The translations under genes were made by a program, and so were the position numbers. A stretch of 64,000 nucleotides of DNA. Source: Octopus sinensis (Eukaryota). The stretch spans positions 64,604,001-64,668,000 of the forward strand of contig NC_043002.1 in the NCBI RefSeq assembly GCF_006345805.1, read 5' to 3'. A model generated the notes under the pieces. It worked only from the letters and a program-made list of their open reading frames with translations, searched no databases and was not told the DNA's origin. Shown in pieces: positions 53,085 to 64,000 of the stretch (within the stretch, counting starts at the first letter, position 1; each line of letters begins with the position of its first letter).

Positions 53085-53683
53085 TTTATATGCATGTATC
53101 TATCTATATATGTATATATATATATATATAAAAGGGCTTAGTAAAATAAATTACTTTGCCGCATACTGAACTCATTAGAAATAGCAGCTAAAAAAACTTT
53201 TTTAAAACTATTTCTAATACTTAAAGAAAACCTCTCTCATATAGTGTTTGCTCAATTCAACACACGAAAGTATGGGGGTAGAGACATTAAAAAATCAAAT
53301 GCAAAGGTTATTTGAGAACGTACGTTTCAAGATTAGTCAAACTCGACATTTCTATCATCAGCTCAGAACTCCCTGGTTTGGATTTGAAAACACTGAAAGT
53401 GGGAGCATACCCTTTCGGCTTCTTATCGCTTCTGAAGATCTGCTCGGAACTAACAGTGCCAACAAACTCAAAAATGCAAGCGAAGAATTTCTGCTCTCCC
53501 CTTTCCACCAGCGTGGGTTAAAATCAGTAAACACTATGCTTTTTTCGGTAAAATCCGAGGCATTATATAGAGAGAGATGAATTATAATTTCAACAATTTG
53601 AATTCGCCTTAAATGGTCCCTTTGCATACTGAATACTTGGTGAAATTGATTAATTAATTAATTTTACCCTCAATTGTTGAAAT
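52815..53683. mobile_element. PLE-like rearranged unit: A-B-(TA)n-inverted A-C-B
   Basis: A (52815-52925) is inverted at 53130-53240. B (52937-53027) is repeated directly at 53595-53683. C contains an HHR. Confidence 0.7.
53311..53368 (-). ncRNA. Type I hammerhead ribozyme
   Basis: Minus strand: UGAG CUGAUGA UAGAAAUGUC gaguuu GACUAAUCUU GAA ACGUACGU U CUCA. Exact core, palindromic stem III, GUU triplet; stem II is partly mismatched. Confidence 0.75.
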
Positions 53684-55198
53684 TATATATATATATATAT
53701 ACATGCATATATAAATATATGTATATATATATGCATATATACATGCATATATATATATGTATATATATATTTATATATATATATATACATACATACATAC
53801 ATACATACATACACACCCACCCACATGCGCATGCATATCTGCGCATGTTAGTGAGTGTGTGTTAGAACGTATATACATTTATATGCATGGGTATCTCAAA
53901 TCGCAGCTTGATATGAGTACAGTTTTATTACGTGAGTGAAATATTAGTGAGTATGCTTGCTGCTTTATGTGTTTATGCTTCTGTATATGGTTTTAGTGTA
54001 ATGGTTTTTGCCTCTATACCTGGCTGTGTGTGAGTATGCGTGATAATATGCCTTTTGCATAACTTTTATATTCGTAGCTATTGATTTTACTAGAGCTGTC
54101 ATCACATAACGTCCATGCGCCTCTCATGTTATTCTATGCTGTGAATATCGCATTGATCAGTACGGTGGATGAAATGTTATTGCATTTTAGTTCGCTGTTT
54201 CTTTATTCAGTTTTTTAAACAAATGACTCGGCATATCCTCAAGGAATATCCATTCTTAGAGATTCCCTCTAGAAAAAGGAATCTTTATGTGCAACAATAA
54301 AAGAAATACTAAACCGTGTTGTATTCTGCGAAAATATTTCTGGAAACATATGAGACAAAATTCTTCCGGTAAACAATTTCACGTTTCTCTTCTGTTCCGT
54401 TCATGTTGGAAGTGAATGTGGCGATGTTTAAAGATTCTCTATTTGTAGATTAGTGCTGGAAATAATTTGGGTAGGGTGTGGTATGATCAGAAAAATGGCA
54501 TAAGATATTTTGGTATTAAAAAAATATATATAGAATACAACGTAAAAATTACACTGAAATGGGACGAGAGGGAGAAATGTTAACATGAAAATCGTTTTAT
54601 TTCACGGAGAATCTTGCACAATACAGTGATACACACGCATGTGGGTCTCTACGCAAGAACTAAAACAAACACGTAAAATATATACATTTGAAAGCATACA
54701 TTAACATGCAAAACTATATGCACATTTTAGACAAAAATTATGAAAATAATATTTTTGTATCCAAATATTATAGCCATGCACATTGTAAGTTGTATCTGAG
54801 TAAGTTTATCTTTAGGTATCCAAATATACATTCATATTCATACACACAGACACAGACGCACACACACACACACAAATATAATCACTTGATTAAGGGTGCC
54901 GAGATATCTACACTGCTAGAAATAGCAGTAAGATATGTGGATGTCTCGGCATTCTTAGTCATATTTTGTGGCGATTGAATTTTCCTAATGGTATCATATT
55001 GCGCCCAGCTGTTTACATTAACTCTGTATGTATGTATGTATGTATGTATGTATGTATGTATGTATGTATGTATGTATGTATGTATGCATGTATGTATGTA
55101 TATATTTATGTATGTTTGTATGTTTGTATGTACGTATGTATGTATGTATGTATGTATGTATGTATGTATGTATGTATGTATGTACGTATGTATGTATA

Positions 55199-58016
55199 TC
55201 TATAATATAAATTGGACATGGACGAGCGTTGTATTGTTTCTTGTCTTGAGGTTCACAGCCAAACGGCTGGATGGATTCGCGTGAAAAATAGCACACATGT
55301 GGAGACGGGTGCATAGATTGGAATGCAGTTTGTATTTTCTCCACAGCCCCCATAGTTATAGAGGAAATCGATTAAATTTTTTCTAATGGAATTCCTCCGC
55401 CAACAAACGTAACTTCTCTCTCCTTTTCGCTGTTACGCATTCACACATTATTTCCCTACAGCAAGTGAATAACGAAATTTCAGTTAACTCTCTCGCCCAT
55501 ATTGCACACACGCTCTGTCTCTATCTCACACACACACACGCTCTCTCTCTCACACACACACACGCTCTCTCTCTCACACACACTCACGCTCTCTCTCTCA
55601 CACACACACACGCTCTCTCTCCCTCTCTCTCTCTCTCACACACACGCACTCTTTCTCATGCACATACACCCACGCACATCAATTCTTCCGCTTCACGCCA
55701 ACTTCAAAGAAAGTTCACTCATACAATCGTCATATATCTTATTTCTGTATTGCCCACAAGGGGCTAAATATAGAGGTCCTGTATCTGTCTCTTTCGCTTT
55801 CACAATGACTTCAAAATATCCCCTTTCCACCCCTCCAGACATTAACACAAACCACTTCCTGCTGACTGCAAAATTCCCGCCAAATTGGCCGGAAAACACA
55901 CACACACAAACACACACCTCCATTTCATATATTTTCTTTCAATTTCTGCTCTCTTGATTACACAGACGTCCAATACAATAGCTCTCAATTACATTTCGTT
56001 CTCCTATAAGCGCATATACCAATGACTTCTACCATAATTTTCCACTTAGCTTTTTTCATCACTTTTCTTAAATTGGATACGTCTGCTATTAAGTTGCAGA
56101 ACTTTGGCAGTATAGTTAAAAATCATTTCTGCTTTACCTCTTACATACAATTTTCCCGTAAATTCATACAGCTTCATTTTTTGGTGATGATTGAAATGTC
56201 AAACATGTACTAACTGTTAAAGCAATTCTTAACGCCAAGTTCTTAATGCCTCTTCTATTTTTTTCATAGCACACATACTTACCGAGAAAATCGATTAAAA
56301 CTTCTTCCACTCTTTGTTCCCCCATTAAAACAACCAGTTGCTCACACAACCACCATATACCATTCCGCTAGCAACATGTTGACTACAGGATGAGTCAGCC
56401 AAACCTCTCCCTATGCTGTCTCTCTTCTTTCATCTCTTTTTGGGGTTAATTATCTTCATCTTTAGTTACAGTTTCTCATTCAAACTACATATTACAATAT
56501 GGATGCATTTCAAAAATTTCACATAATCTTTTCCATAAATTAACTACCGTAAAGCTTTTTAACCATGCCCTCACATTTTCTACGTATTTGTGTCTACCTT
56601 AAAAGAGGCGATTAGACAGAGGTCCAATAGAATAGTTCTGACAAACAGACTACGTACAACTCCTGAACTGTTTTCTGCGAAGATATTTTTAGTTGTCCGG
56701 ACATTGCTATTACAGACAAATTAACAATTCCACTCCAGAGATAAACACAAACCACGTCGTGCTGACTGCAAAAATCCCGCCAAATTAGCCAGAAAACACA
56801 CACAAATACACACACACACGTCCATTTCATATATCTTCTTCAAAGCTGCATGCTTTTTTGAAATATTTCATTTTTTTTCTTATTTATCGTTATACCTTTC
56901 CACCTATCATAGCAGATAAACATTAATACTTTGTTCAAAAACATTAACGTTTGACTTTCAGACACAGGTTCAAGTTACAAAAAAAGACTATACTTTCGTT
57001 ACACTTATTTTTAACTTCTTTAAAAAATCTCATGACGTTTGCCTCAGTAAAAACCATCTTTATAGATATTGCCTAACCAAAAACGATCAATGCTCTGTTT
57101 CATATCATTTCGATTTTTCCTCTACACATTCTCCTGTATCCCATTTCAATATTGCACTTTCATATGTCCTCTACTATTTCTTTCAGGAAACACCAGAAGC
57201 AAGTGAGGGCCGTCTTGCTGCAATACTTGACGAGCCTGTGGAAACAAGACAGGCCCGTCTTGCTTCCATGCGTATTCAAAATCGGCGCTCACTCCTTAAG
57301 GAGTCAAAAGAAGCAGGGCAGCCCCAATGTTCCTACCACGGTTAACTTTACATTGGATGCTCCCGTGTTGGCACCCCACAAAGTCTATACATTTGTGCAT
57401 CAGAAGTGAAAACGAGAAACGTTGCCTACAAAAAGCGCCCCATTGAAAAGATGGCATTTCTTCACATCTTTCAATAACTCCAGTCATCTGCCACCTCAAA
57501 AGCTTCGTAGTCGCCGCGCCAGTCAAGGTAACTCAATGACACACACCATCACTCACTTACTCACTCACTCACTCTATCTCTCTTTCTTACCCTCTTTCTC
57601 TCTTACATACACATGCGCAAGCACGCACACACACTCACGTCCATTTCACATATATTTCAATTTCTGCTCTCAGCAAATAAAATTTTTACGGATACAACTG
57701 CTTACAAAAATAGGAATAAATTACAATTTCTTTCTATGTTCGTAATTAAATAAATCTTTTAAAATGATTAGACAGAGGTCCAATACAATAGCTCTCAGAA
57801 ACAGACTACGTACAGACTACGTACAAATTCCTTTTCACAACACCTGAAGCTGTTTCCTGACAAGGGTGGGGATATTTTCATACAGCTGGAGGCACCAATC
57901 GAAACAGGGGACCCGAAATGATAAGCTACAGGAACGCTGTTATAGACTATGCCTAGCCGAAAACGATCACACCCACATCATCCAAACAGACCGGGTGAAA
58001 CCAGGCTTAACTGCTA

Positions 58017-58017
<1 letters not shown>
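55199..58017 (+). mobile_element. Non-autonomous Helitron with internal repeats and fused Rep/helicase remnant
   Basis: 5' A|TCTATAATATAAA; 3' hairpin CCGG-GTGAAA-CCAG followed by CTAG|T; inserted at an AT site. Internal diverged repeats lie at about 55830-55990, 56610-56840 and 57630-57810. Confidence 0.82.
57184..57444 (+). pseudogene. Helitron RepHel remnant: N-terminal ETPE repeats fused to PIF1-helicase C-terminal motif
   Basis: One reading frame: QETPEASEGRLAAILDEPVETRQARLASMR...PQCSYHG*LYIGCSRVGTPQSLYICASEVKTRNVAYKK, matching the SHGQLYVACSRV motif with a CAA-to-TAA stop. Confidence 0.85.
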
Positions 58018-58060
<43 letters not shown>

Positions 58061-58095
58061 AGCTGGGCGCAATATAATACCATAACCGAAAACGC

Positions 58096-58134
<39 letters not shown>

Positions 58135-58260
58135 GACGATAGATATATCTGTATAGAAATGCCCACATACAAATGTGTGTATTTGTAAATGTATAAGGTG
58201 GTGCTGCCGATTGACCACAGGTTGAAACACATAAAGGAATAGACGTATATACATATACAT

Positions 58261-58299
<39 letters not shown>

Positions 58300-58504
58300 C
58301 ACACGCGCATACTTATCTCATGTTTGTGAATTTTGGGCCAAATGGTCGAGTACGTATTTTCATGTATCTCTTGCTATTTGTTCTACTTGGTCCACCAGAC
58401 TAATTGATCAAATACACACGTGCACATACGCAATCACATACACATACAAAAAGCACACACATACACATATTTTCTGAGAGCAAAGAAACGGTGAACTACG
58501 CAAA

Positions 58505-58690
58505 TCCAGAGTTAACACCTTAACTTCAGTCCCATCAGACTACTGGTGCCCGACCTGCGGCAAAGCCTTCGTGCACGGTTAGGATTCATTCGACAACAGT
58601 CAAATGCACCATGCCCCGTCTTCTTCTCCGACGTAATGTCTTTGGCCATCGTCGAAAACGATGGACGATATAGTAATAGCAACAACAACA
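58505..58690 (+). mobile_element. RTE-clade LINE 3' end
   Basis: YWCPTCGKAF-RARLGFIRQQ (terminal C2H2-like finger), then GGCCATCGTCGAAAACGATGGACGA and an (AAC/AAT)n tail. Confidence 0.75.
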
Positions 58691-58770
58691 ACAAAAACAA
58701 TAATAATACTAATAATAACAACATCATCGATAATAATAATACTAACAATAACAAAAACAACAACAACAAC

Positions 58771-59035
<265 letters not shown>

Positions 59036-59049
59036 TGAACTGCCAACGA

Positions 59050-60302
59050 GAGAGAATGTGTGGGAAGAGGGTCGAAATTGTGAATCACATTGTTAGTGTT
59101 TGTTTTAAAACTTGAGATTAGATAGAAAGTATTTTGCGTAGGATATGAGCAGTTCCCATGAGCACTATCTTTTGAATTTCTGCCATTTTGGGGTTTCCTA
59201 GTATCTGAATTAGATAGCAATCAGCTCCTTTTGCTATCGTTCCCAGGGCACCTATGACAACAGGTATTGTTTTAGTCTTCAGGTTCCACATTTTGCTGAG
59301 TTCTATTTCAAGATCTTTATATTTGCTCAGTTTTTGGTAGGTCTTGGCATATACGTTTATATCGATTGGGATAGTCATATCAATGAGAAGGCATGTTCTT
59401 TGTCTGAAGTCTTTCAATATGACGTCTGGCCTATTCGCAATTATCTTTCTGTCCGTTTGAATGTGTGAAGTTCCAGAGGAGTGAGATGTGGTCATTTTCA
59501 ATCACTGGAGGTGGTTTGTGTTCCCACCAGTTTTTTTCATGGGGCAAGTCCAGGTTTTTGCAAATTACCCAGTGAAAATATTGAGCAGCTCTATCATGCC
59601 TGTTGAGATACTCTGAAGGTGCAAGAAGACTGCACATGGAGACAACATGATCAATGGTTTCATTTTGTTGTTGACATACACGACATGTTGGGCTACTGCC
59701 GTTCTTTAATATGTTGGCCTGGTAGTTCATTGTAGGTAGGCATTGATCTTGAGCTGCTATGATAAACCCTTCTGTTTCAGATTTTAAGCCAGAGGCCATT
59801 AGCCATTGATGGGTCAGGGATTTGTCAACATCTGCATTATTCGCTCTCTTTGGGTATTTGTCATTGAGAAGTTTTTCTTGCAATTTATCATTCAGAAAAT
59901 CTAAAGCAGCAGTTTTAGCGCAGGTTTTCATGCGCTTAGATTTTTCTGTGTTTGTGTATGTCTAATTCCGAAATTTGTTGTATTCGGAATTCACTTAGAT
60001 ATTCCTTTGCCTGTTTTGTAACAGAGTATGATGCTTACTTGTTCTCATGCTTTGAGATAAGTTTTAACATCCTGTCCTCAGAGTTTCTCAGGTAGGTGTC
60101 TAGGCCAATTGTAGCAAACTTCATTGTTATTGCCAGTTGTAAAAGTCCACGGCATCCTTATTTTCCTGGCAGATGAATTCGTTCTATATCTGCCTTAGGG
60201 TGGTGCATACTATGCATTGTCAACAGTTTTCGTATTTTTCTGTCAAGATTACATATTTCGGTAATTGGCCAGTTAACGATATTGAAACTGTAAGTCACGA
60301 CT
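59050..60302 (-). mobile_element. R4/Dong-type retrotransposon 3' part, second subfamily
   Basis: LDRKIRKLLTMHSMHHPKADIER; SGLKSETEGFIIAAQDQ; CRVC..ETIDHVVSMC; NRPDVILKD..LIDMTIP..KLSKYKDL. Frameshifted. Confidence 0.92.
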
Positions 60303-60315
60303 GGTATGGCTTATT

Positions 60316-60398
<83 letters not shown>

Positions 60399-60453
60399 TA
60401 TTATTATTATTATTATTATATTATTATTATTGTTATTGTTATTGTTATTGTTA

Positions 60454-60488
<35 letters not shown>

Positions 60489-60496
60489 TATTTTTA

Positions 60497-60551
<55 letters not shown>

Positions 60552-60555
<4 letters not shown>

Positions 60556-62880
60556 TAGTTTTATTTTTATAGCGTGCTTTTACTTCACTACCGAGCGCAG
60601 CTCTGTGTGCCTTGGGTATGTGCTGTGATTTGTTGTGATGCTCTGATGGTTATTGTATGGAAAGTGTTCTGCGTAGGATGTGTGCAGTGCCTAGTAGTGC
60701 AATTTTCTGTATGTTATATGTGTTTGTAAGTCCTGGTGTTTTTGTTATGTATTGTCTGAATATTTTTTTCATGCCTAATGCACCTACTAAGATAGGAATT
60801 GTTTCTGTTTTCAGATTCCACATTCTAGTTACCTCTATTTCCAGGTCTTTGTATTTTGAGATTTTCTCCATTTCTTTTAGAGACACGTTGTCATCTGCCG
60901 GTATTGATACATCAATTAGAAAGCATTTTTTTCTTCATGATCTCTGACAACTATATCTGGTCTGTTGGCCTTAATTTCTCTATCTGTGTGTATCGGCATA
61001 TCCCAGAGTATGGTTGCTTTCTCGTCTTCTGTGACCTTTTCTGGTGTGTGCCTATACCATCTTTTTTCTGCTGTTATTCCATAATGTTGGCATAGCTTCC
61101 AATGTATGTAGGTTCCAACTCTGTCATGTCTGTGAATATATTCCTTCTTAGCCAGGACTGGGCAGCTAGAGATAATATGATTTATTGTTTCTTGTCCATC
61201 TCCACATATTCTGCAGGTACTTGTAATATTTCTTTTCATTACATGCTTTTGGTAATTTCTGGTGGGGAGGCTTTGGTCTTGTGCTGCAATTAAAAATCCC
61301 TCTGTTTCTGCTTTGAGTCCTGAGCTTCTCAACCATTGCTGGGATTTTTCTTTGTCTATTTCTTTTGCGTTTAGTTTAGTGCAGTATTTACCATGAAGGG
61401 GCTTTTCTTGCCATCGTTTTATCATGGCTCGTTGCTGTTCTATTTTAAGTTTGGATTTCATTTGTTTTATAGCTTTTGTTGTTTCTTCATCATCTTCTTC
61501 TTCTTCTTTGTGTTTATTAGTTGGTATGATTTCTTGTTTGTATTTGTCAGCTTCCTTAAATACTGAGAACAGTTTTTTGTTTTGCTCGTGTTTTGCTGCT
61601 ATCTGGATCAGTATTCCTTCCTTCAGAAGTAGGTATTTTTGCAGTCCTATGGTGGTTATTTTATAGTAGTTTTCCAGCTGTATAAGGCCTCTACCACCTT
61701 CTATACGTTGTATATATAGTCTTTCTATGTCAGATTTTGGGTGATGCATCCTAGATCCTGTCAGTATTTTTCTTGTTTTCCTATCAATTTTGGACAGTTC
61801 ATTTCGTGTCCAGTTAAGGATATTGTAGCTGTAACTTATAACTGGGACAGCTAAAGTGTTGATACCTATTATCTTGTTTTTAGCATTGAGCTCTGTTTTT
61901 AGTATTGATCTAACTCGTCTATAATATTCTTTTTTTATTTTCTCTTTCATTTGTGTGTGTTGTGTCTTTGGCTTTGGTCTAATTATTTTATTTCATTGGT
62001 TTTATCTAGTGTGATGTTGTTACTCTTAACTATTTTTCCTCTTTTCATGGTTACTTTGGCGCATTTTTCTAATCCAAATTTCATATCTATTTCTTTGGTA
62101 AATCCATGAACTGTCTTTAATAGTGTTTCCAGCTGTTTGTCATTTGCAGCGTATAGTTTTAGGTCATCCTAAGGTGGCTGATCGTTTTGCCGTAACATTT
62201 ATATCCGCATCCAGTTCTATTTAGCATATCAGATAGAGGTGACAGTGCCAAGCAGAAAAGGAGTGGAGAGAGCGTGTCTCCCTGGAATATTCCTCTTCTA
62301 ATGGGGATGTCTTTGGTTTTCATGAGTCCCTCTTTTGTTTGGAGGTGTAGGACTGTTTGCCATTTATTCATAGAGTGCTCTATGAATTTTATGATTGTTG
62401 GTGCTACTTTGTTAATGGCTAGTGTTTCGAGGATCCATGTTTGGGGGATGCTATCAAACGCCTTTTTGTAGTCAATCCAGGCCATACTGAGGCCTTTCTT
62501 CTTTCTGTGGCTGTCTTCAGTTACGGCTTTATTAATCATTAGTTGATCTTTACAGCCATATGAGCCTTTGTGGCATCCTTTCTGCTCTTCTGGGAACAGT
62601 TTGTTTTCGTCCAGGTGCTTGTTCAGCCTTTGCGATATCACTGCAGTAAATGCCTTGAACATAGTAGGGAGGCAGGTTATTGGTCTGTAGTTTTCTGGTT
62701 TTGTTGTTTCATTTGATTTGGGAATTAAGATGGTTTTCCCCTTCGTGAGCCATTCAGGCATTGTCTCTGGCTCTGCTAGTATACTGTTAAAGTTTTCAGC
62801 CATCTTTTTGTGCATTCCTGTTAGATATTTCAACCAGAAGTTGGGGATCTTGTCATGCCCAGGTGCCTTCCAGTTGCTTA
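60552..62880 (-). mobile_element. R4/Dong-type retrotransposon, 5'-truncated at the RT start, inactivated
   Basis: NWKAPGHDKIPNFW..YRPITCL..DYKKAFDS..GIFQGDTLSPLLF. The YMDD motif is lost through a small deletion at about 62170, and the YKYLG region is deleted. CCHC and RLE downstream; (TAA)n on both sides. Confidence 0.95.
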
Positions 62881-62886
62881 TTATTA

Positions 62887-62953
<67 letters not shown>

Positions 62954-62976
62954 CATCATTATTATTATTATTATTA

Positions 62977-63010
<34 letters not shown>

Positions 63011-63128
63011 ATTATTATTATTATTATTATTACTATTATTATCATCATCATCATCATCATCTTTATCATTTTATCATTCTTCTTCCAATTATTTTTGTTG
63101 TTGTTGTTATTGTTATTATTCAGGTCAC

Positions 63129-63215
63129 GGGCATATGGCGTTGTAGGTAAGAGTGAGTGCTACTAAACCCAGGATTTCGAGTTCGATTCCAGGCATTGGC
63201 CTAAATAATAGTAGA

Positions 63216-63285
<70 letters not shown>

Positions 63286-63474
63286 GTAATAATAATAATA
63301 ATAACAAGAACAACAACAACAATATTGAAAAATATCTCAAGAATGAAAATTCAGTTTCGAGATTTCTCAAAGACACCTGATGAAGCCTGGAGGATATATC
63401 AGTCAAAAGGTTGTGTTAACAAGATGAAGACAAATATCCGTGAAATGTAAATAATGTACATAAATCTTCATCTC
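63129..63474 (+). mobile_element. SINE family E (tRNA head, (AAT)n, HHR tail)
   Basis: A box TGGCGTTGTAGG (63136-63147), B box GTTCGATTCC (63181-63190), (AAT)n at about 63205-63320, tail homologous to 32758-32930. Confidence 0.85.
63372..63417 (+). ncRNA. Degenerate type I minimal hammerhead (family E)
   Basis: GACAC CTGATGA AGCCTG...CAGTC AAAA GGTT GTGTT; G12 has changed to A. Confidence 0.6.
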
Positions 63475-64000
63475 TTACATATAGAACTGTATTACCTAAT
63501 TCCATATCAATAATGCTGTCAATCATTGATGATAATAGTCCATCTTTTACTCGTCTTTGTGAAAGGAAATTATTGATATTCCTCATTGAACGTTGGCCAA
63601 CATATTTGCCAGGAGTCAATCAGCGTAAGTAAACCTATATTTGAATTTATAGGGGCGGTGTTTTGGATAGATTTTGTAGAAGTATAATCGAGCTTGTACT
63701 TTTATTACCCAATTAATCTGCAGTACAATTCTACATTATATGCGCAATATTATCTGTTTTGTTTTTGGTCGGTGTTACCCATACATGCACTTAGACACAC
63801 TCAGTGACACACTACACACAGACCAACACACACTGACAATACATACATATATATATATACTTACACATCTGTATGTATGCATGCATGCTTCTGTTTGTTT
63901 GTGTATGTATGTAAGTATGTACGTATGTATGTATGTATGTATGTATGTATGTATGTATGTATGTATGTATGTATGTATGTATGTATAAAAGTAAATGCAC

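Overview
AT-rich, microsatellite-saturated eukaryotic DNA with one 100-N scaffold gap. The repeat content suggests an octopus or other coleoid cephalopod (inference). I recognise no host protein-coding exon, and nearly all listed ORFs are microsatellite read-throughs. The window is a transposon graveyard: mariner, Tigger and Tc1 remnants, a MITE, an internally deleted Helitron, CR1-group and RTE 3' ends, four R4/Dong-type (RLE) retrotransposon pieces in (TAA)n arrays, two Penelope-like (PLE) coding remnants, and many tRNA-derived SINEs in at least five families. Main discovery: at least 11 well-formed and 2-3 decayed type I hammerhead ribozyme (HHR) motifs from about 7 unrelated sequence families. 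The better-preserved motifs have a palindromic, dimer-type stem III. Each of the five large (>150 bp) near-identical tandem or inverted duplications I found contains one, as expected of non-autonomous Penelope-type or retrozyme-like retroelements. One family is a tRNA-headed SINE with an (AAT)n body and an HHR tail. Two families carry compensatory swaps of the catalytic-core 3:8 base pair (U3:A8 and G3:C8). All structures were folded by eye and none is experimentally tested.
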